A DNA stretch of 63,265 nucleotides, filler included, from Octopus bimaculoides (Eukaryota): the NCBI RefSeq assembly GCF_001194135.2. It is 3 parts of 3 records of this genome, joined end to end, with 100 filler letters (N's around TTAATTAATTAA, not from the genome) between each part and the next. Parts side by side here need not be neighbours in the genome. Positions count along the whole stretch, not along the records: positions 1 to 30,576 come from NC_068994.1; 2 more parts are not named here. One strand, 5' to 3'. Every line of letters starts with the position of its first letter. Position 1 is the first letter of the stretch. The notes beneath the pieces were generated by a model. It saw nothing but the letters and a program-made list of their open reading frames with translations, searched no databases and was not told the DNA's origin. Below are positions 1 to 10,289 of this stretch, piece by piece. Position numbers and translations under genes: made by a program.

Positions 1-26
1 ACAGACACAAACATATACACAAACAT

Positions 27-60
<34 letters not shown>

Positions 61-76
61 GCATATATACGACATG

Positions 77-229
77 CTTCTTTCAGTTTCCGTCTACCAA
101 ATCCACTCAAGGCTTTGGTCGGCTCGAGGCTATAGTAGAAGACACTTGCCCAAGGTGCCACACAGTAGGAATGAAACCGGAACCATGTGGTTGGTGGGCA
201 AGCTACTTACTACACAGCCACTCCTACGC
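77..229 (-). mobile_element. tRNA-derived SINE, family A (5' part)
   Basis: Reverse complement GGCTGTGTAGTAAGTAGCTTG...GGCACCTTGGGCAAGTGTCTTCTACTATAGCC...GGAAACTGAAAGAAGC. The same sequence recurs at 5701, 52446, 59010 and 60904. Confidence 0.85.
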
Positions 230-784
230 ATATATACACATATATATATACATACATATATATATACACACATATATATACAAACATATCTATTAACGGC
301 GGTGCATCAGCATGGCCGCAGCTCTAAGCTAAATCTATAAACAAAAAAAAAATACATATAGATACACATATATATATATACACATACATATATATATACA
401 TACATATATATACACATATATATATACACACATATATATACATATATATATACATACATATATATATACACATATATATATACACACATATATATATACA
501 TATATATACACTTATATTTACATATAATATACACATATATTTTATATATTATACTCATATTTTATATATATATATATCATATATTTTACATATAGTTTCT
601 GTCACTCTACATCCATAAAAGAATTTCACCCCAACACCGCCATTGCAGCCTCTAACTCTCCTCAACGTTATACATACATACAGATGCATACTTATCTGTT
701 GGTGCATCTATCTATCTAACTATCTATCTCCCTATTTGTCTGTCTAGCTATGTTTCTCTCTCTCAATCTATTACTCTTTTCTCT

Positions 785-842
<58 letters not shown>

Positions 843-1608
843 TCATCATCATCGTTTAACGTCCGCTTTCCATGCTAGCATGGGTTATACATATATGTGT
901 GTTTGTGTAAATACAAGCATGTATTTAAATATATGTATAAATTATACTTATGTACAATATATATATGTCTTATTTGTGTATGTATAATATATATGCATCA
1001 TGCTAATAATAGTCATCCATCCATCCATCCATCCATATAATGTTTATGTACCAATATATTTAAATTTATATATGAATATAGGTGTCTATAAATCTCCAAT
1101 AATATAAATATATATATATATATATTCAGTTTGTAGGTATTCCTATATTTATAATATGTACACATGAACCGAGCATGTATAAATAAGGATTTNNNNNNNN
1201 NNNNNNNNNNNNNNNNNNNNNNNNNNNNNNNNNNNNNNNNNNNNNNNNNNNNNNNNNNNNNNNNNNNNNNNNNNNNNNNNNNNNNNNNNNNNNNNNNNNN
1301 NNNNNNNNNNNNNNNNNNNNNNNNNNNNNNNNNNNNNNNNNNNNNNNNNNNNNNNNNNNNNNNNNNNNNNNNNNNNNNNNNNNNNNNNNNNNNNNNNNNN
1401 NNNNNNNNNNNNNNNNNNNNNNNNNNNNNNNNNNNNNNNNNNNNNNNNNNNNNNNNNNNNNNNNNNNNNNNNNNNNNNNNNNNNNNNNNNNNNNNNNNNN
1501 NNNNNNNNNNNNNNNNNNNNNNNNNNNNNNNNNNNNNNNNNNNNNNNNNNNNNNNNNNNNNNNNNNNNNNNNNNNNNNNNNNNNNNGCGTGTGTATATAT
1601 ATATATAT

Positions 1609-1645
<37 letters not shown>

Positions 1646-1676
1646 TGTGTGTGTATGTATATATATATATATAGTG

Positions 1677-1759
<83 letters not shown>

Positions 1760-2082
1760 TATATGTGTGTGTGCGCGCATCTGTGTTTAGAATGTGTTTC
1801 TTGATTGAAAAAATATCTTCTGTGGTATTAGTCTTTATAAATTTCTTTGTTTTGCAGTGTTTTACTTTGTGTTTTTTAGCCAGAATCTTTGGAGTTCGAC
1901 AATGTCTATGAGTTGAAGAGGGGTAGGGGTGGGGGAAGCCCAGCTTCTAATTGCTTTATTACAGCATTCCAGCATCTACGACCAAAATAATTAACAGTTA
2001 ACATACAGAAACATGTTCAGCAACGGAAACAGGTAAACAGAATGGAAGTTATCTTTGTAAACTTTTTTTTTTGCTTTTTTTT

Positions 2083-2129
<47 letters not shown>

Positions 2130-2446
2130 TGTGTTTGTTGTATAAGTATATATGTGTATATGTATGCATGTAATCTGTTTTCTGTATGTGTGTGTGAATT
2201 TATTTGCATTTGCTTGTCATTAAGTTTCTGTCCGTGTGTGCGAATGTACATGTACACAAGGATATATATGTGTGTGTGCACATATATGTACATATATGTG
2301 TGTGTGTGCGTGTGTATACATGAGTGTGTTTGTGTTGTATGCACGTGTCTTTATGTTTGGATTTAGGTGTAAACATTTGCATAATTCTCTTCATCATCCT
2401 TTCTCTCTCTCTCACTCTTTCTCTCTCACTATGTGTCTTTGTATAT

Positions 2447-2483
<37 letters not shown>

Positions 2484-2884
2484 NNNNNNNNNNNNNNNNN
2501 NNNNNNNNNNNNNNNNNNNNNNNNNNNNNNNNNNNNNNNNNNNNNNNNNNNNNNNNNNNNNNNNNNNNNNNNNNNNNNNNNNNNNNNNNNNNNNNNNNNN
2601 NNNNNNNNNNNNNNNNNNNNNNNNNNNNNNNNNNNNNNNNNNNNNNNNNNNNNNNNNNNNNNNNNNNNNNNNNNNNNNNNNNNNNNNNNNNNNNNNNNNN
2701 NNNNNNNNNNNNNNNNNNNNNNNNNNNNNNNNNNNNNNNTATCTATTCTTTCCAGGCAGTACATCAGGAGTTACCTGTAAAGAACTTTCGGGGGAAGTCT
2801 CAAAATACTGGTGAAATTCACTTACATATTGTATGTATATGCATATGTATGCACGCCTGTATAAATGTGTATATGTATATGTAC

Positions 2885-2930
<46 letters not shown>

Positions 2931-2938
2931 ATGCCTGA

Positions 2939-2979
<41 letters not shown>

Positions 2980-3889
2980 CATTTGTCTGGATACATGGGC
3001 ATATATGTACATGTGTATATGCACTTATGTGCGTGTCTATACATGCATTTATGTAAGTGTATATGTATGAATTTACATATTTCTGTGTGCATTTTCAGTC
3101 CTGTAAAAGTGTTATATTTAGAAGGATCAGAGAGGGGAACATCTCACAAGATGTCTCCATTTCCAGGAAGGAATCCATTGCTAAAAACTGTTCCAACAGT
3201 CTGAAATGTGGAGAGGATTTTCTTGATGATAATAATAATAATAATAATAATAATTGTTTCAAATTTTGACACAAGGCCAGCAATTTTAGAGGCTTTTAAG
3301 GGCTAGTCAATGCCATCTACCCCAGTACTTAACCGGTATTTCATTTTGTCTACCCCGAGACCCAGAGAGTTGACAGTGAAAGTCAACACAGCAGATTAAT
3401 AGTAATAATAGTAATAATAACAATAATAATAATAATAATAACAACACCAACAACAATAACCACAATAATTCTTTCTAATTTTGACGGAAGGGAAAAGTCA
3501 ATAACATCGTCTCCAATGTTCAACTGGTGCTTTATTTAATCAAAGGATGAAAAGCAGAATTGAGTTGAACTTAAAGAACTGAATGAAACGCCAGACGGTA
3601 GATTGTCTGATGTTCTACCGATTCTGTCAGTTCACTACCCGCAATAATGATTTTTTACTAAAGACCAAGGCGAGCAATTTTGTGGGGTGGGCGTTACGTT
3701 GACCCTAGCGCATGACTAGTACTTTATGTTTAAAAGATATATATATTTATATATATATATGCATACATGTGCATGCCCACACACACATATGCACGTACAC
3801 ACATACACATATGCATGCGCACATACACATATGTATGTATTCATATTTTCTAATGTTTTATATCAATGTTATCATCTTTGCAAACAAGA

Positions 3890-3926
<37 letters not shown>

Positions 3927-4485
3927 GTTATTATTGTTATTGTTGTTATTATTATTGTTGTTGTTGTCATATTGTTATGTCAATGTTGTTTACCTTCATC
4001 TCGGCTTGCTTTCCCCCCCACACGTGTCTGTTCAGAAGCAGTTTCTGTGCACAGAACTGTGTTTGGTTGTGCATGGATGTGAGGTGCACAAGCCTGTAGC
4101 CTTTTTGTTTTTATGTTTTTTTAGCACCGGTGATGNNNNNNNNNNNNNNNNNNNNNNNNNNNNNNNNNNNNNNNNNNNNNNNNNNNNNNNNNNNNNNNNN
4201 NNNNNNNNNNNNNNNNNNNNNNNNNNNNNNNNNNNNNNNNNNNNNNNNNNNNNNNNNNNNNNNNNNNNNNNNNNNNNNNNNNNNNNNNNNNNNNNNNNNN
4301 NNNNNNNNNNNNNNNNNNNNNNNNNNNNNNNNNNNNNNNNNNNNNNNNNNNNNNNNNNNNNNNNNNNNNNNNNNNNNNNNNNNNNNNNNNNNNNNNNNNN
4401 NNNNNNNNNNNNNNNNNNNNNNNNNNNNNNNNNNNNNNNNNNNNNNNNNNNNNNNNNNNNNNNNNNNNNNNNNNNNNNNNNNNNN

Positions 4486-4529
<44 letters not shown>

Positions 4530-4894
4530 GAGAGAGAGAGAGAAAAGACATGGAGCTCCTCATACGGTCGTTGCCATCTTCCTAAACTTTTCTCTTTCCC
4601 CAAAATTCCTCTGAAGATTTCTCAGTGACTTGGATCTTCTTAAATGTTGTTGTAATTGTTGTTGTGCATAGTTTACACATTTTCTGCTGTTGATATATTG
4701 TTGTTGTTGTGTCTGTGTTTTGTGGTGGTTGTTGTTCTATTTGTTTTGTGGTTGTTTATGTTCTTATTGCCATTGTTGTTGCTATTGTTGTAGTTGACAT
4801 TCATATATAACCATTGTTATTCAAATTCTCCCCCCCCTCTTCGCCCCAGTGAAAGCACAACAGGGTGCGGCGGACAGTCTGCGGCCACACACCC

Positions 4895-4990
4895 TCAGTA
4901 GCCGCCTTCATCGTCTTCTGATGTCGTATCCCGTTTACTTTGGTTGTACGTCACATATTGTACTGGACATTGTTCGTTCATCACCAGCGA
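4895..4990 (-). CDS. VMAT: VMAT terminal coding exon SLVMNEQCPVQYVTYNQSKRDTTSEDDEGGY*
   Basis: Strong acceptor (tttctttctttctatttccacag), phase 0, TGA at 4897-4895. Resembles the human tail AILMDHNCP...EDEESESD. Confidence 0.9.
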   Translation of the reverse strand, partial: SLVMNEQCPVQYVTYNQSKRDTTSEDDEGGY

Positions 4991-5139
4991 CTGTGGAAAT
5001 AGAAAGAAAGAAATGAGAGAGAGAGCGAGAGAGTGAGTAGCGGGAGGAATATCGATCACTGCAACAGCAAAACTTCACTGAAAAAAACAGGTATTTTTAT
5101 CATAATTGCCGTATCATGGTATTGACCAGGATTTCGGAT

Positions 5140-5405
5140 GTTGTTATACATCGCTGATCACAATACGCTTCGCATTGTTCTGGCGTTTGAATGATGCCAG
5201 CCGGCTGGCTGGGTGAACAGGCCAACATCCACGCTTGATCGGGAGGCTAATCCGTTGTAGGGTGACCCATTTACAGCCGAGTGGATTGGAGCAATGTGAA
5301 ATGAAGTGTCTTGCTCAAGAACACCTTGAGCCGCTCGGTCAGGGAATTGAACCCACAACCTCACAATCATGAGTGCAACACTCTAGTCACTAGGCCATGT
5401 GCCTT
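5140..5405 (-). mobile_element. tRNA-derived SINE with a Meta/CORE-like central domain
   Basis: A/B-box-like head (GGCCTAGTGACTAGAGTG...GGTTCAATTCC) followed by GTGTTCTTGAGCAAGACACTT...CTGTAAATGGGT. The domain assignment is from memory. Confidence 0.6.
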
Positions 5406-5447
5406 CACACTTTTATTCTAATATATGGTTAGAAATGAATTTCATAG

Positions 5448-5448
<1 letters not shown>

Positions 5449-5524
<76 letters not shown>
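5449..5524 (+). repeat. (CA)n microsatellite
   Basis: Directly visible. Confidence 0.98.
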
Positions 5525-5527
<3 letters not shown>

Positions 5528-5700
5528 GTCCGTCCCACAATGTGAGGGCACATGTCTTAATGCCAATCTGATGAAGTGCCACTTCATTACAATCAACCGT
5601 AAATATTGTAGTAACTTTTCTCATGGAATTATTTACGTGCAATGGCGTTACAAACCAAGTGACACCGAAGCAGTTGTAACTAATTAACTAATTACATCTA

Positions 5701-5994
5701 CACAGGTATGGCTGCGTGGTAAGAAGCGTGCTTCCCAACCACATGGTTTCAGGTTCAGCCCCACTGCGTGGCACCTTGGGCAAGTGTCTTCCACTATAGC
5801 CTTGGGCTGACCAAAGCCTTGTCAGTGGATTTGGTAGATGGAAACTGAAAGAAGCCTTTGTGTCTGTGTTTGTCCCTCCACCATCGTTCGACAACCGATG
5901 TTGGTGTGTCTACGACCCGATTTCTTCGACTAAAACCCTTATAGGCAGTGCTCCAGCATGGCCGCAGTCAAATGACTGAACCAAATAAAAGAAT
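5701..5994 (+). mobile_element. SINE family A, internally deleted copy in the last VMAT intron
   Basis: Same head and 3' tail (GTGCTCCAGCATGGCCGCAGTCAAATGACTGAA) as the other copies. Confidence 0.85.
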
Positions 5995-6341
5995 ATATAT
6001 ATATATATATATATATNNNNNNNNNNNNNNNNNNNNNNNNNNNNNNNNNNNNNNNNNNNNNNNNNNNNNNNNNNNNNNNNNNNNNNTATATATGGTCATG
6101 CTGGGGCACCACGGAGAGAATCTACAGTTTCAAACAAATGTGAGCAAGAACATCCCGTTTATCGTTTGGAAATTAGACACGGGGCTCTTAGAGCGGAGAT
6201 ATGGTGGACAGAGTAGTCCTATTCAACAACAGAGCACGAAAGAATAGGTGAAGAGTTGAACTGCCAACCACCGTTCAGGCATCAAAATCAATGGAGTATA
6301 ATCGTCAAAGAGTGATCTCCCCTGACAACACATAACATCCG

Positions 6342-6390
<49 letters not shown>

Positions 6391-6694
6391 GCGGTAGCAA
6401 CATTATCATAATTAGCTGCCACATAGTCTAACCGTTATCTTTCAGTTACTTTAAACAGCCTTTTCCGCTGGGGAACTGGGCAGCCTCTACCCTGTTGGCT
6501 CTCAAACTATACGCCAACATATTAAGAAGTAGGAAAGCACATTTAATAATATAGTCCCAGGTATATTATGCCTTAGAAAAACAGAATGGTTACCGGGTCG
6601 ATAAAAGCTATGGTCATAAAACGGTTTTTAGTCATAGGTTTTATGACCCCAAGTTAAATAATGATAACAACGACATCAGCAAATTCCCACTTAC

Positions 6695-6782
6695 CATTTT
6701 CTCCTCTTTAACCGGTGGATTCCGAAGAAACAGCATTGTCGGAGCGTATAAGATATTTACTATGGAAATCACCCAAATCATC
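6695..6782 (-). CDS. VMAT: VMAT exon, 88 nt, (G)MIWVISIVNILYAPTMLFLRNPPVKEEKM (TM12)
   Basis: Acceptor ttttttctcttcag, donor gtaagt. Matches [29 protein letters not shown]. Confidence 0.95.
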
Positions 6783-7772
6783 CTGAAGAGAAAAAACATT
6801 ATTCAAAGTTGCAAAAATTTGTTTGGCTCAACTCATTTCTATTCATTTCTTATTCACTTCTTTCCCTCGACATCTCACTAAACTAACCATTTTCTTTTTC
6901 TAATCTAGGTTCCTTTCGAATTTTAAGTAGATAACCCCTCCCCTATCTACGATAACCAAAAGCTATCTTTCAAAATAACCATTTACCTCCTCGTTGAATG
7001 CGCCTGAGTATTCTGCAGAATCAGTGAGACACTGTGCGCGTGACGAGGTTGACCGTTTTAATTACAGGTACACTACACACACTGTTCACACGCTGTATTA
7101 TCACTGTAAGAATTAGTCTTGAAGAACAACTTCTTCGAAACGTTGTGTGTTAAAAATGCAACACGATTTAATGATGTCAGCAGACTATCAGACAATGGCG
7201 TTTCGGCGTAATTTTGCCTTTTCAATGGCAGACACCGCCACAGACATCTGAAGACAGCCGTATAGAAACAGAAATTCTTAGCTAGCTCCAGATGACCGAA
7301 ATTCATCGGTCGGTTATATAAATTCCAGTCTTGACTGGTATTTATTTTCTATCCATCCCGGGTAAGAATGAAAGAGAAAGTTATCTCCAGTGAAAGACAT
7401 AAATATCTCTACGCATTTTGTCTGACGCTCTACCGATTCTGGGAATTATTTGCCTTCATTTATATCTGTATAGTAACACATAACATTATATGTATGTATG
7501 TGTGTACGTATGTATGTATATACGTGTGTGTGTGTTTGAGCTACGAAACGTATGGGTGCGGACATGCAAATGAGTTGTGTCAATATATGCATGCGCTTAT
7601 GTGACGCTGATTGACATTAATGTTTCTCTATAATCAGGTGCACATATTTTTGTGTGTGTATGGCTGTGTATGTGTATAGAGTGTATGTAGATGTCTGAAA
7701 CATTGATTGTGTGACTGGAATAAATTTTGTTAAAAAACAGCCACGACCATCCAATAAAGGTGGGACACTTAC

Positions 7773-7818
7773 CCCGGAAATCCCAAGCACCTCACAATGG
7801 CACCACTAACGGCAGGAC
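7773..7818 (-). CDS. VMAT: VMAT exon, 46 nt, (G)PAVSGAIVRCLGFP(G)
   Basis: Acceptor ttttccattttctag, donor gtaagt. Matches GPSAGGAIAKAIGFP, and phases 1 and 2 fit the neighbouring exons. Confidence 0.92.
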
Positions 7819-7859
7819 CTAGAAAATGGAAAACGTAAAAGTGCGAAATAAGATTTATG

Positions 7860-7927
<68 letters not shown>

Positions 7928-7999
7928 NNNNNNNNNNNNNNNNNNNNNNNNNNNNNNNNNNNNNNNNNNNNNNNNNNNNNNNNNNNNNNNNNNNNNNNN

Positions 8000-8035
<36 letters not shown>

Positions 8036-8429
8036 AGTGTGTATGTGAGAGAGAGAGAGAGAGAGATTTATGAAGTAAGTTCTCGGTGAAGCAAATCTTT
8101 GATGTAATCGAAATTTCTAGTTGTAACTTGTTGACTTCATTTCTTTTTCTGAACACACTCTATGTATAAATATATACACTCTATGTATAAATATATACAA
8201 AGTTGAAATGTGGTGACAGTAACAACAACACCAGCAGCGACCACAACCACTATGATCTACAAAGAAACCTCTACGTCGTTATTCGGCTGGCTAGAAATAG
8301 GTATGAAATCTCACCCTAGCATCTTAAAAAGAAAGGACAATTTCTTTTTAAGATGATAGGTATAGACAACAACAACAATATTAGTGAGACACATTCAACT
8401 GAACTGTTGGGATAGAAAGACGAACTTAC

Positions 8430-8549
8430 CGACAGCAAATCCCAGACAAAATGCCACATCTGCAATGGCGTAAACGCTACCATAAACAGACACATGACGC
8501 AGATCCACCAAATGACCCATTAGCGGCATCATGGATGAATCCACCATTC
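8430..8549 (-). CDS. VMAT: VMAT exon, 120 nt, (G)[39 protein letters not shown](G) (TM10-11)
   Basis: Near identity to the VMAT2 signature segment. Acceptor tttcttctccacag, donor gtaagt. Contained in ORF 8395..8580. Confidence 0.98.
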
Positions 8550-9039
8550 CTGTGGAGAAGAAAGGAATTAGATGTTGCAAATGGAAACATCAAAATATTT
8601 TCGTTCACCAAAATAACACCTGGATGATTAACTTTGGTCAAAAAATGCCTAGGAAGATAATTACGAAATTCAAATGAATTAAAAATTAATTGCTGTGTAT
8701 CTAGAGCTTAGGTAAACATGTTTCAGTGTTATTAGATCTCGTCGGGGAAGAATAGTTTTAGCAGTTTTACTCATCAGGTCTTACAAGGACTCGCAAGATT
8801 TTCAGTGAATGAACATTTGCAGGCATGATTAAAAGAATGACAGAAGAATTTCTCAAGGATGCCTTCAGCATGAAAAATATATTAGGTAGGGGGCTCACGT
8901 ACTGAATGGAATAAAGCAAACGGTTTTATTAATTAAAATAACACCTACAATGGAAAGTGAGGTTGTACACCCCTCCACCATACACACATTATTTATTTAA
9001 CTGTCTGTCTATCTATCTATCTATCTATCTATCTAGTGA

Positions 9040-9553
9040 TTAAACAGGACAGCACACATCTCAAGTCATATACAATATTATTATAGGAAGAAATTCAAAA
9101 TCTTTCAGCTGGTTCGGGAATATCCCCGAGTATGGGACATTCCGTTATCAGAGACAAATTGGGGGGAAAATATGAGAAATGGTATATATTAATGAGATGA
9201 CGACATAGAGGAAGGGAGTAAAAGAATCAGGAGATGGAAAGAAGAAAGAAGGAAAAAGAAGCATAAAAGTTCATATTTGAACTTTCCGAAGTTATAGAAA
9301 CCAGAGCATGAGTCCTTAGGTGCAATCCTGCGTAGATCCATGTGGAAAGGACTTACGCAGGATTGCACCTAAGGACTCATGCTCTGGTTTCTATAAATTC
9401 GGAAAGTTCAAATATGAACTTTTACGCTTGTTTTTCCTTCTCTCTTTCCATCTCCTTATTCTCGGGGATATCCGAGAAACAGCTGTAAGATTTTGAATTT
9501 CTTCCTACGACTTGAGACGTTTGCCTTGCCTTAATGTTTGCTGTCCTGTTTAA
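9040..9553. repeat. Long inverted repeat (fold-back) in a VMAT intron, probably derived from a Penelope pLTR
   Basis: Inner arms about 9231-9334 and 9354-9455: the first 71 bp have one mismatch, with a 19-nt loop. Outer arms are 9084-9130/9461-9507 and 9040-9068/9509-9553. It contains GAAACAGCTGTAAGA, also seen at 30010. Confidence 0.92.
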
Positions 9554-10225
9554 CAGTTATATATCCACTGCATCAGAATTCTGCAATGGCCCCATAACTA
9601 CCGTCTCGGCTATAACCTTGGAGCCCTAGTAATACGTTACAGTACTTGCTTAGCGTACCTAATCGTTTAGATCACCAGTGAACTAAACCCCTATACTTTG
9701 AATATATATATGGATACATATTCACACAAATTTAGCATTAGCAGCAGCTCTAAAGCAAAATCCTGTTCTATACAAATTAATTAACACATGCGTATTGTTG
9801 AAAAGCGAAAAGCTACAGTTTTTTTTTTCGTCCGGGTAAAACACAATATACTTCAGAGCGAGGCGAAAGAAATCACCCCGAAAGTGATCGCAAGAGCGAA
9901 GTATGCGTATTTCGCCGTTTTTGTGGATTGTCAGTGTTACGTATTCGTGTCACTTTCGAAACGAAGTGGAATTGGCCAGCCTGAAGCATATAGAGACAGC
10001 GTATAAACAATACATTTGATGGAAATGGTTAAAATAAGTAGTGTACGAAAAAGAACCTGGGTTCGACATAATGAACGAAAACCACGAAAGACTGTGGCAT
10101 CGTATGACCGGAATCTAAATACTGGAATGGGAATAAGAATTTAAATAGAACCCCCAAAACAAACGCCCCCCCCCCACAAACCGCTTCTCAATAGACCACG
10201 TCGGCTCAATTAAGATAGTACTTAC

Positions 10226-10289
10226 CAATTCCAAAACCTACAGCAATATGCGGCACTATTAAATGGAATATATTCTTGGCAAATGGAAT
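10226..10289 (-). CDS. VMAT: VMAT exon, 64 nt, IPFAKNIFHLIVPHIAVGFGI(G)
   Basis: Acceptor catatttcttctag, donor gtaagt. Matches [22 protein letters not shown]. Confidence 0.95.

Noticed and set aside
59-340. Recurrent peptide PNPLTRLWSARGYSRRHLPKVP (also 5688, 58985, 60835)
   Set aside because: It is the antisense translation of SINE family A, not a protein family.
2756-3204. Possible plus-strand two-exon mini-gene (2756-2810 joined to 3099-3204)
   Set aside because: One frame is open, but the peptide resembles nothing, the donor (gtgaaa) is weak, and there is no independent support.
8151-8200. Short tandem duplications (21 bp here; 20 bp at 50260-50301; 22066-22105)
   Set aside because: Ordinary slippage duplications with no spacer structure, so not CRISPR-like.
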